A DNA stretch of 64,000 nt. Source: a virus. Both the position numbers and the translations under genes were made by a program. A model generated the notes under the pieces. It searched no databases, was not told the origin of the DNA, and worked only from the letters and a program-made list of their open reading frames with translations. The number at the start of each line of letters is the position of its first letter. Within the stretch, counting starts at the first letter, position 1. Below are positions 18,474-30,154 of the stretch, piece by piece. The stretch lies in IMG/VR virus record IMGVR_UViG_3300035145_002886; one strand, given 5' to 3'.

Positions 18474-19495
18474 TTACTGCTAATTATATTTTTCCATTCA
18501 TATGCCCTCTGGTCCCATGTCTTTGTTTTTGCAAAGATCTTATTGGATTTAGTTACTATCCTATTGAGAGACCTAGAGTTACTATTTATTATTTTTATGA
18601 ACTCATTCCACTTTTGTTTATTATCTGGCAAAATTATTCCAGAGTTTACTGTTTCGGCAAGAGCAGCAACGGGTGTTGTAATTGGCACGACGCCTGCATA
18701 TTGCATTTCAAGAGCAGTGATGCAGTATGTTTCTTCATATGAAGTTAAATAGAGCCAATATTCTGCCTGTAACATAGCATAGTGAAGTTCTTCTTGTGTT
18801 GCAGTTCCCATAAATTCAACTCCTTCAAGGCCTTCTCTACCAAACCGCTCTATAGTTGCAACTGAATAACCAGGAGAATAAATATGAAGAGACGCTCCAG
18901 GTAGGGCTTCTCTAATGTTATTCCAATTATCAAGTAGATCGTTTAATCCCCTTTCAGGAGCAGAGCTCCAAATAAACCTGTTCTTTACCCTTCTTGGGTG
19001 ACCAATAAACGAAGATGTGTCTATACCATTTCCTATCACGTGAAATCTCGAAGGGTCAAGAGAGTACTTCTGAGACCACTGTTCCTTGTGCCAATTTGTT
19101 AAACATATAAATCCATCAATATCATTAGAACCTAATAGGGTTTCTGAATCATCAATCTCTACTCCTCTAAACCAAGGATGATAATCGGTATTATGGATCC
19201 AAAATAGCTTTTTGGCATTTTCATAATCCTCAAACTCAAGAACAAAATGAATATAACTTATGCCAACAATAACGTCAAATTGGTCAAAGTATTTTTGATG
19301 TAGTTTTTCAGTTGGTAACCACTCTACTCCGTTTATCTTTTCTTCAATAACGTTTCCACTAACAACTACTTTCCAGCCAAATCGTGTTAGGGCTTCTGCA
19401 ATTTTTACAACAGCAACCTCTGATCCTCCAATTCCAATTTGATTGTTAGCGTTCCAGCTCTTCTTAAAATAACCCGTGTAGAATAGTATTCTCAT
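18470..19495 (-). CDS. GT-B (family 4-like) glycosyltransferase
   Basis: GIGGSE, WSSAPERGL, EETYCITALE. Confidence 0.82.
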   Translation of the reverse strand: MRILFYTGYFKKSWNANNQIGIGGSEVAVVKIAEALTRFGWKVVVSGNVIEEKINGVEWLPTEKLHQKYFDQFDVIVGISYIHFVLEFEDYENAKKLFWIHNTDYHPWFRGVEIDDSETLLGSNDIDGFICLTNWHKEQWSQKYSLDPSRFHVIGNGIDTSSFIGHPRRVKNRFIWSSAPERGLNDLLDNWNNIREALPGASLHIYSPGYSVATIERFGREGLEGVEFMGTATQEELHYAMLQAEYWLYLTSYEETYCITALEMQYAGVVPITTPVAALAETVNSGIILPDNKQKWNEFIKIINSNSRSLNRIVTKSNKIFAKTKTWDQRAYEWKNIISSK

Positions 19496-20074
19496 CTATT
19501 TATAATGTTGACCTCCAACCCAAAGAACAAAACTTCTACGCTTGCCCTTAGTTACCTTTGTTACTCTGTGCATTAAATAACTTGGGAAAAGTACAGTGAC
19601 TCCTGCTCCTCTTTGTGCGGCGACTACGTTATTACCACCTCTCCACAGTTCAAGATCTCCGCCTTCATATTCATCGCTTTCGCTTAATTGAACAGTGATT
19701 GAAACTTTTCGCTGTGATGCCATTCCTGGTCCAATATCTTGGTGCCATGTGTAATGACCTTCATCCTCCGCAAGGTATTCAGTATATTGAATCTTTTCGT
19801 CTGCTGAGATTAAATCAAAGTCCCATATACTATTATTTGCCTCGACCGCCATATTCATCAGCTTTTGGTAAAGCCAATCCCATTCTTTATTTTTTGGAAT
19901 CCATTTAATTCTTGAAGATCTAACCTCTTTTTCAGAATTACCATCAAGAGTAGTTGCCTTTTCAAAAGGAACATTCTCTAAATCAGTGTAAATCTTTTCA
20001 AGTTCTTCTTTGCTGAATCCGGCACGAAACCAATAGTAATTTTGTGGCTCGTTTTCTCTCTGTTTAAAATCCAT
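19496..20074 (-). CDS. 2OG-Fe(II) oxygenase (P4Hc/PKHD-like)
   Basis: WHQD, RKVSITVQLS, YEGGDL, FPSYLMHRVTKVTKGKRRS. Confidence 0.85.
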   Translation of the reverse strand: MDFKQRENEPQNYYWFRAGFSKEELEKIYTDLENVPFEKATTLDGNSEKEVRSSRIKWIPKNKEWDWLYQKLMNMAVEANNSIWDFDLISADEKIQYTEYLAEDEGHYTWHQDIGPGMASQRKVSITVQLSESDEYEGGDLELWRGGNNVVAAQRGAGVTVLFPSYLMHRVTKVTKGKRRSFVLWVGGQHYK

Positions 20075-20115
20075 ATAACATGCTTTAATATTATATGTAT
20101 CACGTTAAGAATTGT

Positions 20116-21507
20116 TTAGACTGGGAATGTGATGCGATAGTAATCGTTTACGCTATCGATATAATCTAATAATTCTGTCTCAGTATTGAACATTGTGTCA
20201 TCTTCATTTTCCATCCATCCGAATAGAGGTTCCTCATCGTTCGAAGCATCGTTAATTGTAATTTCAAATGGCTTGTCTCCTTTAAATAACCACATAGTTG
20301 CTCCATCGGCAAGGAACGCAGCATTACCACTATCATCATAGCTACCATCTCCGTCGCCATCGACTCCAATCTGACCGGGTGAAGTAATACTTCCAAATAA
20401 AGCATGCGTGTTTAGGCCACTCCATGAATTTCCTGTTCCATCGTAATAAAATACTTCAATTGTATTGGTAAACGGTGTAGTAATGTGATAATCAGAAAGA
20501 GGACCGTTAAACGAATACGTATTACTTAGATTCTCAAGACCAACATGTTGACATGAATCTCCTCCAGAACCATCACCAATCTCAACGTGGACGCATCTAT
20601 TCTCGTCTTGGCAGTGATATGTTCCAACAGTGGTTGGAGCACTTCCGATCATATTTTTCTCATTGTTATCTCTACGTCTGTAAATCGTAGTACATGCGGG
20701 TGTCATAATGTGCTTATCACCATTTGCCTCCTCGACACTCATTGTTACATCTCCTCCTCTTGCTAAGAAGTAATACCATCCAGTATCGTTTGTTCCTGTA
20801 TATGTTGCCAAGTCTCCAGCGCCTATATTAATTGTATCAATCACGGTACCGTTAATTCCTGTACCCTCATAAAAAACATCTACAGACGTGTTTTGAGATC
20901 CTGGATTCCAAAAGTAAAAGGTAGAATTTCCATATCTTGAAGAATAGTTTGCAAACATATTACTTTTTAAACTTGCAGAATGAATACCATTATTTGATCC
21001 GCTACAGTGAATTGAGAATGGCTTATCACAATAGTAAATATATGCAGGATCTAAAGTTGTAGCATACGATGTCGGAGTAGTGCTTGATGAAATATAGATT
21101 TGTGTACCGCTAATTGCTCCAGGAAGTTTTCTATATACTCTTGTGCTTGTATACGGTAATGCAAAAGAGGCAACTACAGTTTCTACAGGTCTCCACTCGT
21201 TCTTTCCAGCATTTCTCTTATAATATCTATTGTCAATTTTAGAAAGTTCGGCAAACTGAGATGCGGCTAACCAATTATACGATCTTGGTTGTATAACAGC
21301 ACCTGTATCATAAGGTACTATTAGTGCTCCACCATCATTTATTGGATAACCTCCATCATTTGCAGCATCCACAAACGTAGAATACCAACTCGTTGAAGAT
21401 GTTGGGCCTGCACCGTTAATATCATCTTCTATCCAGAGACCTTTTCTCTGTACACCTGGATCAAGAGCTAAACTCCAATCATGGGCATATTTATAAACAG
21501 TTGACAT
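20116..21507 (-). CDS. putative virion structural protein
   Basis: 463 aa, G/S/T/N-rich; class-III motif upstream. Confidence 0.55.
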   Translation of the reverse strand: MSTVYKYAHDWSLALDPGVQRKGLWIEDDINGAGPTSSTSWYSTFVDAANDGGYPINDGGALIVPYDTGAVIQPRSYNWLAASQFAELSKIDNRYYKRNAGKNEWRPVETVVASFALPYTSTRVYRKLPGAISGTQIYISSSTTPTSYATTLDPAYIYYCDKPFSIHCSGSNNGIHSASLKSNMFANYSSRYGNSTFYFWNPGSQNTSVDVFYEGTGINGTVIDTINIGAGDLATYTGTNDTGWYYFLARGGDVTMSVEEANGDKHIMTPACTTIYRRRDNNEKNMIGSAPTTVGTYHCQDENRCVHVEIGDGSGGDSCQHVGLENLSNTYSFNGPLSDYHITTPFTNTIEVFYYDGTGNSWSGLNTHALFGSITSPGQIGVDGDGDGSYDDSGNAAFLADGATMWLFKGDKPFEITINDASNDEEPLFGWMENEDDTMFNTETELLDYIDSVNDYYRITFPV

Positions 21508-21528
21508 ATTGTATAAATGTATTTGATT

Positions 21529-21536
21529 TATATATC
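21529..21536 (-). promoter_or_regulatory. class-III (late-type) promoter GATATATA
   Basis: Recurs before structural genes (27121, 27172, 34362, 35628, 40719); GATAAATA variant at 7028, 29389, 46015. Confidence 0.6.
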
Positions 21537-21539
21537 AAA

Positions 21540-21564
21540 GAAAGGGACCACATGGGTCCCTTTC
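21540..21564 (-). terminator. intrinsic terminator
   Basis: Plus strand GAAAGGGACC-ACATG-GGTCCCTTTC hairpin. Confidence 0.7.
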
Positions 21565-21588
21565 AAGCTAAGCTCAAATCTATAAAAA

Positions 21589-21801
21589 TTATGATTTGAC
21601 TATACGTGTGAATATCTTATATTCACCATTCGGTAGTGTATCAATGTGTGATAGCGCTGTAGCTTCATTTGCAAATTCTCTAGCAGTACACGTCGCATTA
21701 TTAGTTGTGGGTTCAAACTGTTTCCAGGTCTCTGCCTCTCCTACACTTTGAAGGCATTTGCCAGTTGCAAGATCTTCTATATAATATTTAGTAGTTACCA
21801 T
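21589..21801 (-). CDS. small hypothetical protein (possible fibre accessory)
   Basis: 70-aa ORF after the collagen gene. Confidence 0.6.
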   Translation of the reverse strand: MVTTKYYIEDLATGKCLQSVGEAETWKQFEPTTNNATCTAREFANEATALSHIDTLPNGEYKIFTRIVKS

Positions 21802-21818
21802 TATTAAATTTCTTTATT

Positions 21819-24686
21819 TTAACTAATTTTTTGCATTGTAACTAGACCATTTCCTTGTCTACCTCCAGTATATACTGATCTTGGACCATTACCGTTAATT
21901 ACTCCGGTTCTTACTGTAAGGGAAGCTTCTTCCTCAAACGTAACATAGAACGCAACAGCATGTGTATTGTATTGTCCATATGTATTGTATCTGTAGTAAT
22001 GCATCGTCTCACTTCCAGGAACAACACCTAATGTATCTTCTGCCCAAACAGTAAGAGTAGATCTATTAGCATAATCTGATTCTAAACTTATACTATAGGT
22101 AACTAGATATGTTCCTGGGCCTCCAGTTGGATTACAAGTTACAAGATCATAATCAAAATTAGATGATAATGATTGCGCACCAACTATGAATGTTTCAGGA
22201 GCGCCTGCACCGCCACTGCCAACACCGGCTTCACCCTTTTGACCTTTTGCGCCATTAGAACCAGCAGGGCCAGTTGGACCAGTTGGACCAGCAGCTCCTG
22301 TTTCACCAGTAGGACCAGTAGGACCGGTAGGACCAGCAGCTCCAGCAGGACCGGTAGGACCAGCAGCTCCTGTTTCACCAGTAGGACCAGTAGGACCGGT
22401 AGGACCAGCAGCTCCAGCAGGACCGGTAGGACCAGCAGCTCCAGTATTTCCTTTGTCTCCTTGAGGACCTGTTGGGCCTGTAGGACCAGCAGCTCCAGCA
22501 GGACCGGTAGGACCAGTAGCTCCAGCAGGACCGGTTGAACCAGCTATACCTTTATCACCGGTGTTTCCTTTGTCTCCTTGAGCACCTGTAGAACCCTTGT
22601 CTCCATCAACTCCAGATGTACCTACAAGTCCATCTGCACCCGCTTCACCTTTGTCTCCTTGAGGGCCTGTAGGACCAGTTGGACCTGTAGCTCCTGTGTT
22701 TCCTTTGTCTCCTTGAGGGCCTGTAGGACCTGTTGGGCCTGTAGGACCGGTAGGGCCTTGCGCTCCTGTGTTTCCTTTGTCTCCTTGAGGGCCTGTAGGA
22801 CCAGTTGGACCTGTAGCTCCTGTGTTTCCTTTGTCTCCTTGAGGACCAGTTGGGCCTGTAGGACCTTGTGCTCCTGTGTTTCCTTTGTCTCCTTGAGGAC
22901 CAGTTGGGCCTGTAGGACCTTGTGCTCCTGTGTTTCCTTTATCTCCTTGAGGACCTGTAGGACCGGTTGGGCCTGTAGGACCTGTTGGGCCTTGCGCTCC
23001 TGTGTTTCCTTTATCTCCTTGAGGGCCTGTAGGACCTTGTGCTCCTGTGTTTCCTTTATCTCCTTGAGGACCTGTTGGGCCTGTAGGACCAGTTGGACCT
23101 GTAGCTCCTGTGTTTCCTTTGTCTCCTTGAGGGCCTGTAGGACCTGTAGGACCGGTTGGACCTAAGATATTACCTGTTAGAATCCATTCTGAACCGTTCC
23201 ATTGATAAACATCACCATTTTCAGTATTTAAGTACTGATCTCCTGGAAGATATTCTCCTGCCTCAGGTGCTCCTGCTCCTGAATGCCAATCATCACCTCT
23301 TCGACCTTGCGCTCCTGTGTTTCCTTTGTCTCCTTGAGGGCCTGTAGGACCTGTAGGACCGGTTGGGCCTGTAGGACCGGTAGGACCTTGTGCTCCTGTG
23401 TTTCCTTTGTCTCCTTGAGGACCTGTTGGGCCTTGAGCACCAGTATTTCCTTTATCTCCTTGAGGACCAGTTGGGCCTGTAGGACCGGTAGGACCGGTTG
23501 GGCCTTGAGCACCAGTATTTCCTTTATCTCCTTGAGGACCAGTTGGGCCTGTAGGACCGGTAGGACCGGTTGGGCCTGTAGCTCCAGTGTTTCCTTTGTC
23601 TCCTTGAGGACCAGTTGGGCCTGTAGGACCAGTTGGGCCTTGAGCTCCAGTGTTTCCTTTGTCTCCTTGAGGACCAGTTGGGCCTGTAGCACCAGTGTTT
23701 CCTTTGTCTCCTTGAGCTCCAGTATTTCCTTTATCTCCTTGAGGACCTTGAGCACCTACTTCTCCTTTTAGACCGCTGCTTGGTCCTATCCAAGCACCGC
23801 TTGCATCCATAACTGCAGTTGAACCAACAACTACATTATTATCTGGTCTTAAGATAAGATCTTGATCTGCATGAATCTCTAAATCTTCTGGAGAATCAGT
23901 GTTTGCTGCAATATAAGTATTTGTAGCGTCTCCACCAAATGCAATTTTACCTTGATCGCTAATTATAATTGAATTAGCCTGTAATAACAGGTCTCCATTC
24001 ATTCTTGTTTTACCAAGTTGTAAACCAGTTGTAGCGTTATCACCTGAGACAGTTGAACTTGAACTAACAGTTACATTAGAGTTAAATGTAGTAGTTCCTG
24101 TCGAATTGTCTGAGTTAATTACAGTAAATGCTATTCCACCATTCTGTGATGTTAATTGAAGAGCACCTGCTCCGCTTGTTTTAATTTGTAAGTTTTGATT
24201 AATATCAGTAGTAATATTAATAGTTTCAGCATCATCGTGGATTACCTTCTTACCATTTACATAAAGTGAATTAGCACCAACATAAACATCGTCAGTTGTT
24301 AATATACTTTCTCCGGTTGCTTCATCAAATGTTAGTACATCGTATACTGTTCCATTAGTTGCTCTAAAACGTAGAACGGGTGGGAGTGTCATTACATCAG
24401 CATCTCTACCAACCTGTCCTTCAATATACTTGTGGATGTCTTTAATCTCTTCCTCAACCGCTTCCATGGCGTCAACTAGCTCATCGACAATCGGGCCAAG
24501 TTTATATAGTACGGTATATTCCTCATCCGCATCATATTCGGCAGGCTTGTTTGCTCCACTATAGTTAGAGTCCTTATATTTGTTTTTAAGTTCATCAACG
24601 CTTGAAATCTCTGCATTAGCTTTTTTGGCAGCTAATCGAAGACTCTGAACAAGTGTAGTAAATTCTTTAAATGTAGTTCTAGCCAT
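21819..24686 (-). CDS. collagen-like fibre protein 1 ([12 protein letters not shown] triplets)
   Basis: Long Gly-X-Y tracts, internal GDDW...GDQYLNT...W insert, globular C-terminal domain. Confidence 0.9.
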   Translation of the reverse strand: MARTTFKEFTTLVQSLRLAAKKANAEISSVDELKNKYKDSNYSGANKPAEYDADEEYTVLYKLGPIVDELVDAMEAVEEEIKDIHKYIEGQVGRDADVMTLPPVLRFRATNGTVYDVLTFDEATGESILTTDDVYVGANSLYVNGKKVIHDDAETINITTDINQNLQIKTSGAGALQLTSQNGGIAFTVINSDNSTGTTTFNSNVTVSSSSTVSGDNATTGLQLGKTRMNGDLLLQANSIIISDQGKIAFGGDATNTYIAANTDSPEDLEIHADQDLILRPDNNVVVGSTAVMDASGAWIGPSSGLKGEVGAQGPQGDKGNTGAQGDKGNTGATGPTGPQGDKGNTGAQGPTGPTGPTGPQGDKGNTGATGPTGPTGPTGPTGPQGDKGNTGAQGPTGPTGPTGPTGPQGDKGNTGAQGPTGPQGDKGNTGAQGPTGPTGPTGPTGPTGPQGDKGNTGAQGRRGDDWHSGAGAPEAGEYLPGDQYLNTENGDVYQWNGSEWILTGNILGPTGPTGPTGPQGDKGNTGATGPTGPTGPTGPQGDKGNTGAQGPTGPQGDKGNTGAQGPTGPTGPTGPTGPQGDKGNTGAQGPTGPTGPQGDKGNTGAQGPTGPTGPQGDKGNTGATGPTGPTGPQGDKGNTGAQGPTGPTGPTGPTGPQGDKGNTGATGPTGPTGPQGDKGEAGADGLVGTSGVDGDKGSTGAQGDKGNTGDKGIAGSTGPAGATGPTGPAGAAGPTGPTGPQGDKGNTGAAGPTGPAGAAGPTGPTGPTGETGAAGPTGPAGAAGPTGPTGPTGETGAAGPTGPTGPAGSNGAKGQKGEAGVGSGGAGAPETFIVGAQSLSSNFDYDLVTCNPTGGPGTYLVTYSISLESDYANRSTLTVWAEDTLGVVPGSETMHYYRYNTYGQYNTHAVAFYVTFEEEASLTVRTGVINGNGPRSVYTGGRQGNGLVTMQKIS

Positions 24687-24693
24687 TTATACT

Positions 24694-27081
24694 TTAGTTA
24701 TTTTTGTTCTCTAATATTTCAATTCTAGCTCTTAGATCTTTAATAACCTCAAATAGAGCTGGAACCATTCTGCCGTAGTCAAGTGATCTTGGATTTCCTT
24801 CAGCATCGTGAAGAACAAATCTTGGATCCCATTCTTCAACCTCTTCCGCAATGAAACCAACTTGAACCCTGTCAGAATCATCATCAATAAATTTATATTC
24901 TACTGCATTTACTTTATCAAACATCAAATCGATATCGATGTCAATTGGTTGAATATCTCTCTTAAATTGTCTTGATGAAACTTGATAAGCAAGTGCACCA
25001 TTAGTAGAATCCCAAATTACCGGCCACCAGGAACCTTCAAATGCATCGGTAATCATGTGGGTTGGATCGATCACAATAGTATTAGCACTATAGTTTACAT
25101 CGTTTTCTTCAATACCAAATGCTCTATTACTTGCTCCAATATGCGCTCCTGAGTTAATTCTAAAGTGTGAATCACCTTCACCAAACGCAAAGTCTAAATC
25201 TTCACCAGTGACGTCGAATTGGCCTCCATTTGTCTCAGTGAATGTAAAATTACTTTCAGCATATAATCCTCCAACAGTACCATCGGATGTAACTACTCTA
25301 TTATTACCTGCATTTGCTATTGTTGCATCACTACCAGTTTCACCTTTTTGTCCTTGAGGACCTGTAGCACCAGCAGGACCTGTAGCTCCAGTTGCTCCAT
25401 CGGCTCCAGCAGGACCGGTAGGACCTGTAGGACCGGTAGGACCTGTAGGACCGGTAGGACCTGTAGGACCGGTTGCTCCACCTACAGAAAAATTAATATA
25501 AAATTCTTCATCATTTGAAGGGGTTGCACCGGTTCTAGTAACATTAGTTAGATAAAAATTCCAGTAAGTAGATTCATCATCTATAGCTGTAAAGCCATTT
25601 AGTACAATTTTAGCAGTAGAAGTTTTAGAAGTAAGACTAATAGTTCCCGTTAATGCCATATCTCCGAATAGAGAATCAAAGTTAGACGTTGGATTATTTG
25701 CCACGTCTGTAATTCCTAAAATATTACCACTTGATATACTTCCCCAAGCGGTATCAAATATGAAATATCCATTACCTGGGAAAGAAACTGTATTGGTTGA
25801 GTATTTCCAAGTTGCTACATTATCAGGAGCTCCAGTTTCACCTTTTTCTCCTTGAGGACCAGTAGGACCAGTTGCTCCGTCTGAACCATCGGCTCCAGCA
25901 GGACCAGTAGGACCAGTAGGGCCGGTTGCTCCGTCTGAACCATCGGCTCCAGCAGGACCAGTAGGACCGGTTGCTCCTGTGTCTCCCTTATCACCAGCAA
26001 TTGAAATAGCCATGAAATAGGTATCTCCATCTGTAAGAGCGGTACCAAATCCTCCTCTATCAATATATGCTATGTCTACTGCGAACCAATTATCCGTAGT
26101 ACCGGTATTTTCTGTAATTCCAGTAACATAAAAGCTTGCGAAATTAGAGGTTCCTGATTGTCTAAATGAAATAATTGCAGAGTTTGAGTTACTGCTAGAA
26201 TCAAGTTGTAGAAGTGCTTTTCTAACGGTAAATCCATCTGCATCTTTGGTGCTTATTAATACTTTGCCTGCATTAGTGATATTACCATCATTAAATCTAA
26301 ATTTTCCAGCAGTTGGATCGGCTTCTGTTGTAATTGTAGAGTGTTCAATATTAAATCCAAATGTATTTAATCCTAACTCTCCTTTTTCGCCCTTAGCCCC
26401 AGTAAGACCAGTAGGACCAGTAGGACCAGTTGCTCCGTCTGAACCATCGGCTCCAGCAGGACCGGTTGGGCCTGTAGGACCAGTAGGACCAGTTGCTCCA
26501 TCTGAGCCATCAGCTCCAGCAGGACCGGTTGGGCCGGTAGGACCAGTTGCTCCGTCTGAGCCATCAGCTCCAGCAGGACCGGTTGGGCCTGTAGGACCAG
26601 TTGGGCCGGTAGGACCAGTTGCTCCGTCTGAACCATCAACTCCAGGCTCTCCTTTTGCTCCACTTGCGCCTGCTAATCCATCAACACCCGCTTCTCCTTT
26701 TTGACCTTTATTACCTGTTTCTCCTTTTTGTCCTTGAGGACCTAATATACTTCCTATTAGAACCCATTCTGCACCATCCCATTCATAAACATTACCAGTA
26801 TCTGTATCTAAATAATGATCTCCTTCTTGTTGTCCTGGATTTGTGGGCTCTCCTGCAGCAGAAGACCAGTCATCTCCTCTAGGACCTGTTGGGCCAGTAG
26901 GACCGGTAGGGCCAGTAGGACCGGTAGCCCCTGTGTCTCCTTTTGCTCCATCTATTGGTTGATCTTGAAATTCGTATTTTCCAGTTGTAGCATTCCAAGA
27001 AAGATACTGTCCAGTTGTTCCCGTTGATCCTGTTCCTACATCTTGGAATTCAAAAATTTGTTTAGCTTTAATTCTAGCCAT
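24694..27081 (-). CDS. collagen-like fibre protein 2 with C-terminal intramolecular chaperone (peptidase S74-like)
   Basis: Four Gly-X-Y tracts; SSRQFKRDI...GFIAEEV...[10 protein letters not shown] coiled-coil end. Confidence 0.88.
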   Translation of the reverse strand: MARIKAKQIFEFQDVGTGSTGTTGQYLSWNATTGKYEFQDQPIDGAKGDTGATGPTGPTGPTGPTGPRGDDWSSAAGEPTNPGQQEGDHYLDTDTGNVYEWDGAEWVLIGSILGPQGQKGETGNKGQKGEAGVDGLAGASGAKGEPGVDGSDGATGPTGPTGPTGPTGPAGADGSDGATGPTGPTGPAGADGSDGATGPTGPTGPTGPAGADGSDGATGPTGPTGLTGAKGEKGELGLNTFGFNIEHSTITTEADPTAGKFRFNDGNITNAGKVLISTKDADGFTVRKALLQLDSSSNSNSAIISFRQSGTSNFASFYVTGITENTGTTDNWFAVDIAYIDRGGFGTALTDGDTYFMAISIAGDKGDTGATGPTGPAGADGSDGATGPTGPTGPAGADGSDGATGPTGPQGEKGETGAPDNVATWKYSTNTVSFPGNGYFIFDTAWGSISSGNILGITDVANNPTSNFDSLFGDMALTGTISLTSKTSTAKIVLNGFTAIDDESTYWNFYLTNVTRTGATPSNDEEFYINFSVGGATGPTGPTGPTGPTGPTGPTGPAGADGATGATGPAGATGPQGQKGETGSDATIANAGNNRVVTSDGTVGGLYAESNFTFTETNGGQFDVTGEDLDFAFGEGDSHFRINSGAHIGASNRAFGIEENDVNYSANTIVIDPTHMITDAFEGSWWPVIWDSTNGALAYQVSSRQFKRDIQPIDIDIDLMFDKVNAVEYKFIDDDSDRVQVGFIAEEVEEWDPRFVLHDAEGNPRSLDYGRMVPALFEVIKDLRARIEILENKNN

Positions 27082-27297
27082 TACATATAGTTTTTATTTT
27101 GAGCTCAGCTTTTGACATTTTATATATCACTGTAAAAACTAACGTAGGCGCATGCCTATTCTAGTCATTATTATATATCGAAGTTTGTTTGTAAGGTTAT
27201 TCATGCCTTCAATAATTATTCATATATTCTTATAATAAGGTTAGCGACCGATGCATTACGTCTACTTTGAATATATATTTAAAATTAAAGGGGCAAC

Positions 27298-28497
27298 ATG
27301 TCAGAAGCATCTAAGAAACAATTAAAAAGACTGATCAGAAAGTACGAGTTTCTACTTGAGGACTGGGAAGAGGTTGATGAGATTAATAAGACTGCAAACA
27401 TGGAAATGAGTTCTGAGCTGCACAAACACATGCCTCCTGAAATTAAGGCCTCTGATTTTGAATCGGAATGGGACGAAGACGAAGAACAGGAGAGTCCAGA
27501 ACGGGATGTAGCCTTAAAAAAGTTATTTCGTAAAATAGTAGTTAAGTGTCATCCAGATAGAATGCCATCGGACCTTTCTGAGGTAAGAACTCTAGAGTTG
27601 ATAGATTTATATGAAAAAGCGGTAGAGGCTCACAGTGATCAAAACTGGGCCATGATGGTAATTGTAGCGATAAAGCTAGAGATAGATTTGCCAGAAGAAG
27701 CAGAAGAAAGAATTGACGATATAAAAAAGGAAACAAAAGATCTTGAAAAAAAGATTAACAATACTACAAGTGGAATCGCATGGCAGTGGTACCATTCTGA
27801 AGAAGAGGCTAGAGAGAAACTAATCAATAATTATTTAAGCATATTAAAGAAAAGCAAAGAGGTTGGACCGGTAGAAATCAAAAAGGCAAAGTCTAAAAAA
27901 GGGTCTAAACTAATCTTAGGAGTTGGTCACCCAAGAACCGGAACCGGATATACTTCAAAATTATTACAAAGCTGGGGGTTAGATGTTGGCCATGAGAAGA
28001 TGGGTAAAGATGGTACAGTTGACTGGAGCTTGGCGGCTAGTAAAAAGTCTCTATGGCAAGATGTTGATTTTAGAGAATGGGAATGGCAGCATATAATCTA
28101 TTGCGTAAGAGATCCTAGAAAAAGTATACCTTCAATTGCATATACAGAAAATATCGACAAGTCTTCAGAGAAATTTAGAAAAGAAATGGGAGTTACTCTA
28201 ACTTCTTCAAAAATAGGAGATGCTATTATGTCAATTATTTTATGGGATGAATTTATTACAAGTCTAAATCCCGGACTAGTATATAGAATAGAAGATGAAT
28301 CTGAAAATCTTTTTAACTATCTTAAAAATCAAGACGTAAATGTCAAATGGAGCGATGATATAATAGGAAAGCCGCAAAACACTAGAAAACATAAAAACTG
28401 GATAGAGTTAGTAAAAGAGAGCAGCTATGTTGGTAATCTTTACAAAAAGAAAATCAATGCGTATTGTGCGAAATATGGTTATAGTCTTTTATTCTAA
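27298..28497 (+). CDS. J-like domain fused to a sulfotransferase-like P-loop domain
   Basis: LFRKIVVKCHPDR; GHPRTGTGY...GHE...VRDP...S. Confidence 0.65.
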   Translation: MSEASKKQLKRLIRKYEFLLEDWEEVDEINKTANMEMSSELHKHMPPEIKASDFESEWDEDEEQESPERDVALKKLFRKIVVKCHPDRMPSDLSEVRTLELIDLYEKAVEAHSDQNWAMMVIVAIKLEIDLPEEAEERIDDIKKETKDLEKKINNTTSGIAWQWYHSEEEAREKLINNYLSILKKSKEVGPVEIKKAKSKKGSKLILGVGHPRTGTGYTSKLLQSWGLDVGHEKMGKDGTVDWSLAASKKSLWQDVDFREWEWQHIIYCVRDPRKSIPSIAYTENIDKSSEKFRKEMGVTLTSSKIGDAIMSIILWDEFITSLNPGLVYRIEDESENLFNYLKNQDVNVKWSDDIIGKPQNTRKHKNWIELVKESSYVGNLYKKKINAYCAKYGYSLLF

Positions 28498-29375
28498 GTC
28501 TTTTTATTTATTTCGTCTAAATACTCTTCTTGGTACCAATCATATTTTACTTCATTTATACCATAAAGTTTTAGTAATTCTTTATTGTTAAATTTATTAT
28601 CTTTTAGTAAATTCCATACCATTTCATAAACCATACCGTTTCCTTGTGTTAATCCACATCCTGGTAAATGTAAGAAAAATGCAGACTTACCAAGAATTTC
28701 AGATATAGTTGGAGAATCTTGAGATTGTTTTCTATTTAAAATGCCTCCAGTAGCTCCAAAAACAGAACTATGTAATAATTCAGCGTCAATGTCAATAGTT
28801 ACATTTTCAGGGTTTTGGTCTATATACATACCCATTACATATTGGTCGTCGTCAATACCCTGTTCTTTAGCCTTAGAAATCGACCATTCTAACATTTCTA
28901 TTAAAGCAAAACAATATCCTGAAATTAGGCCAGCATTTAGATATTTTCTATTAGGTAAGTTATTAATGTCATATCCTTTTGCTTTCCAAAAATTATGCAT
29001 CGGATAACAATTATATAATTTAGTAGAATTTTTATAGTTAGGATCTAACTCGTAATACTTAGGATCTGAATATCCTCCACATATCATTTCTCCAGAAACA
29101 ACAATGTTTGAATTGAATTCTAGGAATTTATTATTAAAATATGTTGGTGGTCTTAAACACAATACATCTCTAGCATCAGAAAGTATACATATTTGGTTTT
29201 TATCAAGCGTTTTTAGTTCTTCTAAATATGTTTCCATTCTATTTATAAAACCTTTCCACTCTAGATTGGTACCTATTATTTTAAAGTTCCATTCCCTATG
29301 GGTTAATGTTTTTATAAAGTTAAACGAATTTTCAGTCAACTTAGTGTCCATTGATATTAATACAGGATCTCGCAT
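28494..29375 (-). CDS. PLOD/LH3-type glycosyltransferase domain protein (GT-A)
   Basis: SDARDVL, IVVSGE, KYLNAGLISG, DDDQY; parallels LH3 VDSYDV, FLNSGGFIG, DDDQLF. Confidence 0.75.
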   Translation of the reverse strand: MRDPVLISMDTKLTENSFNFIKTLTHREWNFKIIGTNLEWKGFINRMETYLEELKTLDKNQICILSDARDVLCLRPPTYFNNKFLEFNSNIVVSGEMICGGYSDPKYYELDPNYKNSTKLYNCYPMHNFWKAKGYDINNLPNRKYLNAGLISGYCFALIEMLEWSISKAKEQGIDDDQYVMGMYIDQNPENVTIDIDAELLHSSVFGATGGILNRKQSQDSPTISEILGKSAFFLHLPGCGLTQGNGMVYEMVWNLLKDNKFNNKELLKLYGINEVKYDWYQEEYLDEINKKT

Positions 29376-29395
29376 ATCTCTAATAGTGTATTTAT

Positions 29396-30154
29396 CTATT
29401 TAAAAAATGGAAACCAATCTCCATTTTTTGTTTTTGTTAACTCAAACATATCTGGATTATTTAAGTAACAAATTAAATAGTATATTTGATCGTCATCGAT
29501 AAGATTTTTTTCTAAATAGTAATCTATTTGACCATAATATATTTCCTCTAAGTTTTTCCATAGTTCTTTTTTACCCAATATCGTACCTCCCATGATATAA
29601 GAATTGTTTTTGAATATTTCTTTTTCAACTTTAAATTCTTTTGGTATACTATGATAGAACATATTTATTTTATTACTATTTTTAGAATATTCGTATCCTT
29701 CGATATCATTTAGAGTTACATTATCTCTAACATATCCGAAATCAATCCATGCACAGTACTCTGTTTTAATAAGATTTTTAGATATTGCAAGATTTACAAA
29801 CCTAATTTTATTAATGTTGACTAAAACATATTTAGGATCAGAATATTCCATACACATTTTTAATAAAACTTGATCAATATATTCTTTAGACGTTTGTACC
29901 TTTTTAATTTGTAATAATAAATCCTTGTATTCTTTCTCAAAATCTATTATGATAAACTCAACATTATCATGTATAACATTTGGTTTAATTAATTCAGCGA
30001 TTTCTGTCGAAGTTATGACTATAAAGTTATTTTTTAATTTTAGTAGTTTTGAAAAATATTCTAAATACTTTTCAGTACTTCTTGTAAACACTTTCCAGTC
30101 AGATCTTCCTATATCAAAAAAAGACGTTACAAACGTGGTATTATATGTTTTCAT
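29396..30154 (-). CDS. HtrL/YibB-like putative glycosyltransferase
   Basis: FVTSFFDIGR, AWIDFG, IMGG, IDDDQ. Confidence 0.72.
   Translation of the reverse strand: MKTYNTTFVTSFFDIGRSDWKVFTRSTEKYLEYFSKLLKLKNNFIVITSTEIAELIKPNVIHDNVEFIIIDFEKEYKDLLLQIKKVQTSKEYIDQVLLKMCMEYSDPKYVLVNINKIRFVNLAISKNLIKTEYCAWIDFGYVRDNVTLNDIEGYEYSKNSNKINMFYHSIPKEFKVEKEIFKNNSYIMGGTILGKKELWKNLEEIYYGQIDYYLEKNLIDDDQIYYLICYLNNPDMFELTKTKNGDWFPFFK

Noticed and set aside
22173-26882. Long alternative-frame and antisense ORFs over collagens 1 and 2
   Set aside because: By-products of Gly-X-Y codon periodicity lacking stops; low-complexity translations
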